Shown piece by piece: positions 36,545 to 37,673 of a DNA stretch of 37,673 nucleotides; the first letter of the stretch is position 1; each line of letters begins with the position of its first letter. The translations under genes and the position numbers were made by a program. The stretch spans positions 5,414,259 through 5,451,931 of the forward strand of contig NC_068996.1 of assembly GCF_001194135.2 (NCBI RefSeq). The letters run 5' to 3'. The DNA is from Octopus bimaculoides. Lineage: Eukaryota. The notes under the pieces are model-generated. The model saw only the letters and a list, made by a program, of their open reading frames with translations. It was not told the origin of the DNA and made no database searches.

Positions 36545-36608
36545 CAGGAAGTCCAAGATGGCTGCCGAAAAATGGACTGCTATTAATCAAAGCAGGTCTT
36601 TCTTAGAA
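36545..36608 (+). promoter_or_regulatory. Adjacent ETS-like (CAGGAAGT) and YY1-like (CAAGATGGCTGC) motifs with a possible first coding exon MAAEKWTAINQSRSFLE
   Basis: Motifs at 36545-52 and 36554-65; ATG 36558; GAA|gtgaga donor after 36608. Confidence 0.25.
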
Positions 36609-37192
36609 GTGAGATCGACATTTCAGCTACACCAGATGCATTAGAGATGAGACTTTCTTGAACCAACCAAACAAGCATGCGTACTCATGCGTTTCTACAC
36701 GCATCCTAAACACACTTGCGCACGCACGCTTATACAACCAGCACTAATGCAAACATATTTACACGCATCTACACACCTATAATATATAGGTATACACACA
36801 CTCATACAAACAATAACACACCCACATCCACGCACTCATACATCTGGTGTACACACTCACACATACGCACACATACACACACTCTCGCTGGCCTTGCTTC
36901 TGTTGGCTTCCAAGTGCCTACAAAGGACCACCAGATACCTAGACACCACCACCATTTTGTCTAGACACGAGGCCAAAGAAATTTTCCTCTATAACGTGTC
37001 TTGTGTCCCTGAAATGCCGATCACTTTTCAAACAACACCATGTGACCTGCCTTGACCAATAGCTGTTCATTTTCTAGTAGCTATCATGGAGTTTCTGCAT
37101 TCCCCCATTCGGTAATCTGAACTGGAATGAGCTAGATTTCTGCTAGAAGCCTGCGAAACTTAAGTTTCATGGCGCCGAATCAAACTGTTTTA

Positions 37193-37270
<78 letters not shown>
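37193..37270. repeat. (TAA)n microsatellite abutting the LINE RT
   Basis: Direct reading. Confidence 0.97.
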
Positions 37271-37271
37271 C

Positions 37272-37673
37272 CAGGGTGATTCACTATCACCATTCCTCTT
37301 CTGTCTAGCCCTAATACCGCTCTCAAAATTGATCAATGATGCACAGTATGGTTATAAAATATTTGATAAAAATATAAATCATCTCATTTACATGGATGAT
37401 TTAAAGCTCTTTGCAAAAAATGACCAACAACTCAAAGGCCTACTAGCGATTGTTAAACAATTCAGTGATGACATCAGGATGCAATTTGGCCTTGATAAAT
37501 GTGCAAAAGCTACCTTTATCAAAGGAAAAATGACAAATACATCTAATGTGAACCTTGACCAGCAAAATGTCATAAAAGAGTTAGAACCAGCGGAGAGCTA
37601 CAAATACCTAGGGGTAATTGAAGGGGACAATATCAAGCACTCAGTGATGAGGGAAAGGGTCAGAAGAGAATGT
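37272..37673 (+). mobile_element. 5'-truncated R4/Dong-type non-LTR retrotransposon reverse transcriptase, open to the window end
   Basis: 134 uninterrupted codons: QGDSLSPFLFCLALIPLSKLINDAQYGYKIFDKNINHLIYMDDLKLFAK...FSDDIRMQFGLDKCA...YKYLGV; YMDD at 37389-37400. Confidence 0.93.

Overview
AT-rich, microsatellite-dense eukaryotic scaffold with 11 N-gaps, most flanked by simple repeats. The SINE and LINE content resembles what I recall from octopus (coleoid cephalopod) genomes; this is inference, not a search result. No host protein-coding gene can be named, and most ORFs in the supplied track are microsatellite or N-run artefacts. The interpretable content is mobile DNA: at least four tRNA-derived SINE families, Tc1 and mariner fragments, a mariner MITE, a Penelope GIY-YIG fragment, a CR1/L2-like 3' remnant, a probable L1/Tx1 5' fragment, and R4/Dong-type RLE LINE pieces. 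One R4/Dong piece is an uninterrupted RT frame, missed by the ORF track, starting directly after a (TAA)n tract at the window end. The best leads are: a complete minimal type I hammerhead ribozyme motif (12144-12189); the TAA-adjacent Dong-like RT; an inverted pair of (GAT)n arrays sharing a 43-bp tag, both reading as poly-Asp ending DHNxDExEYV*, one with canonical splice sites; an L1/Tx1 5' end fused to a SINE head; and a cryptic ~23-bp satellite hosting nested insertions.
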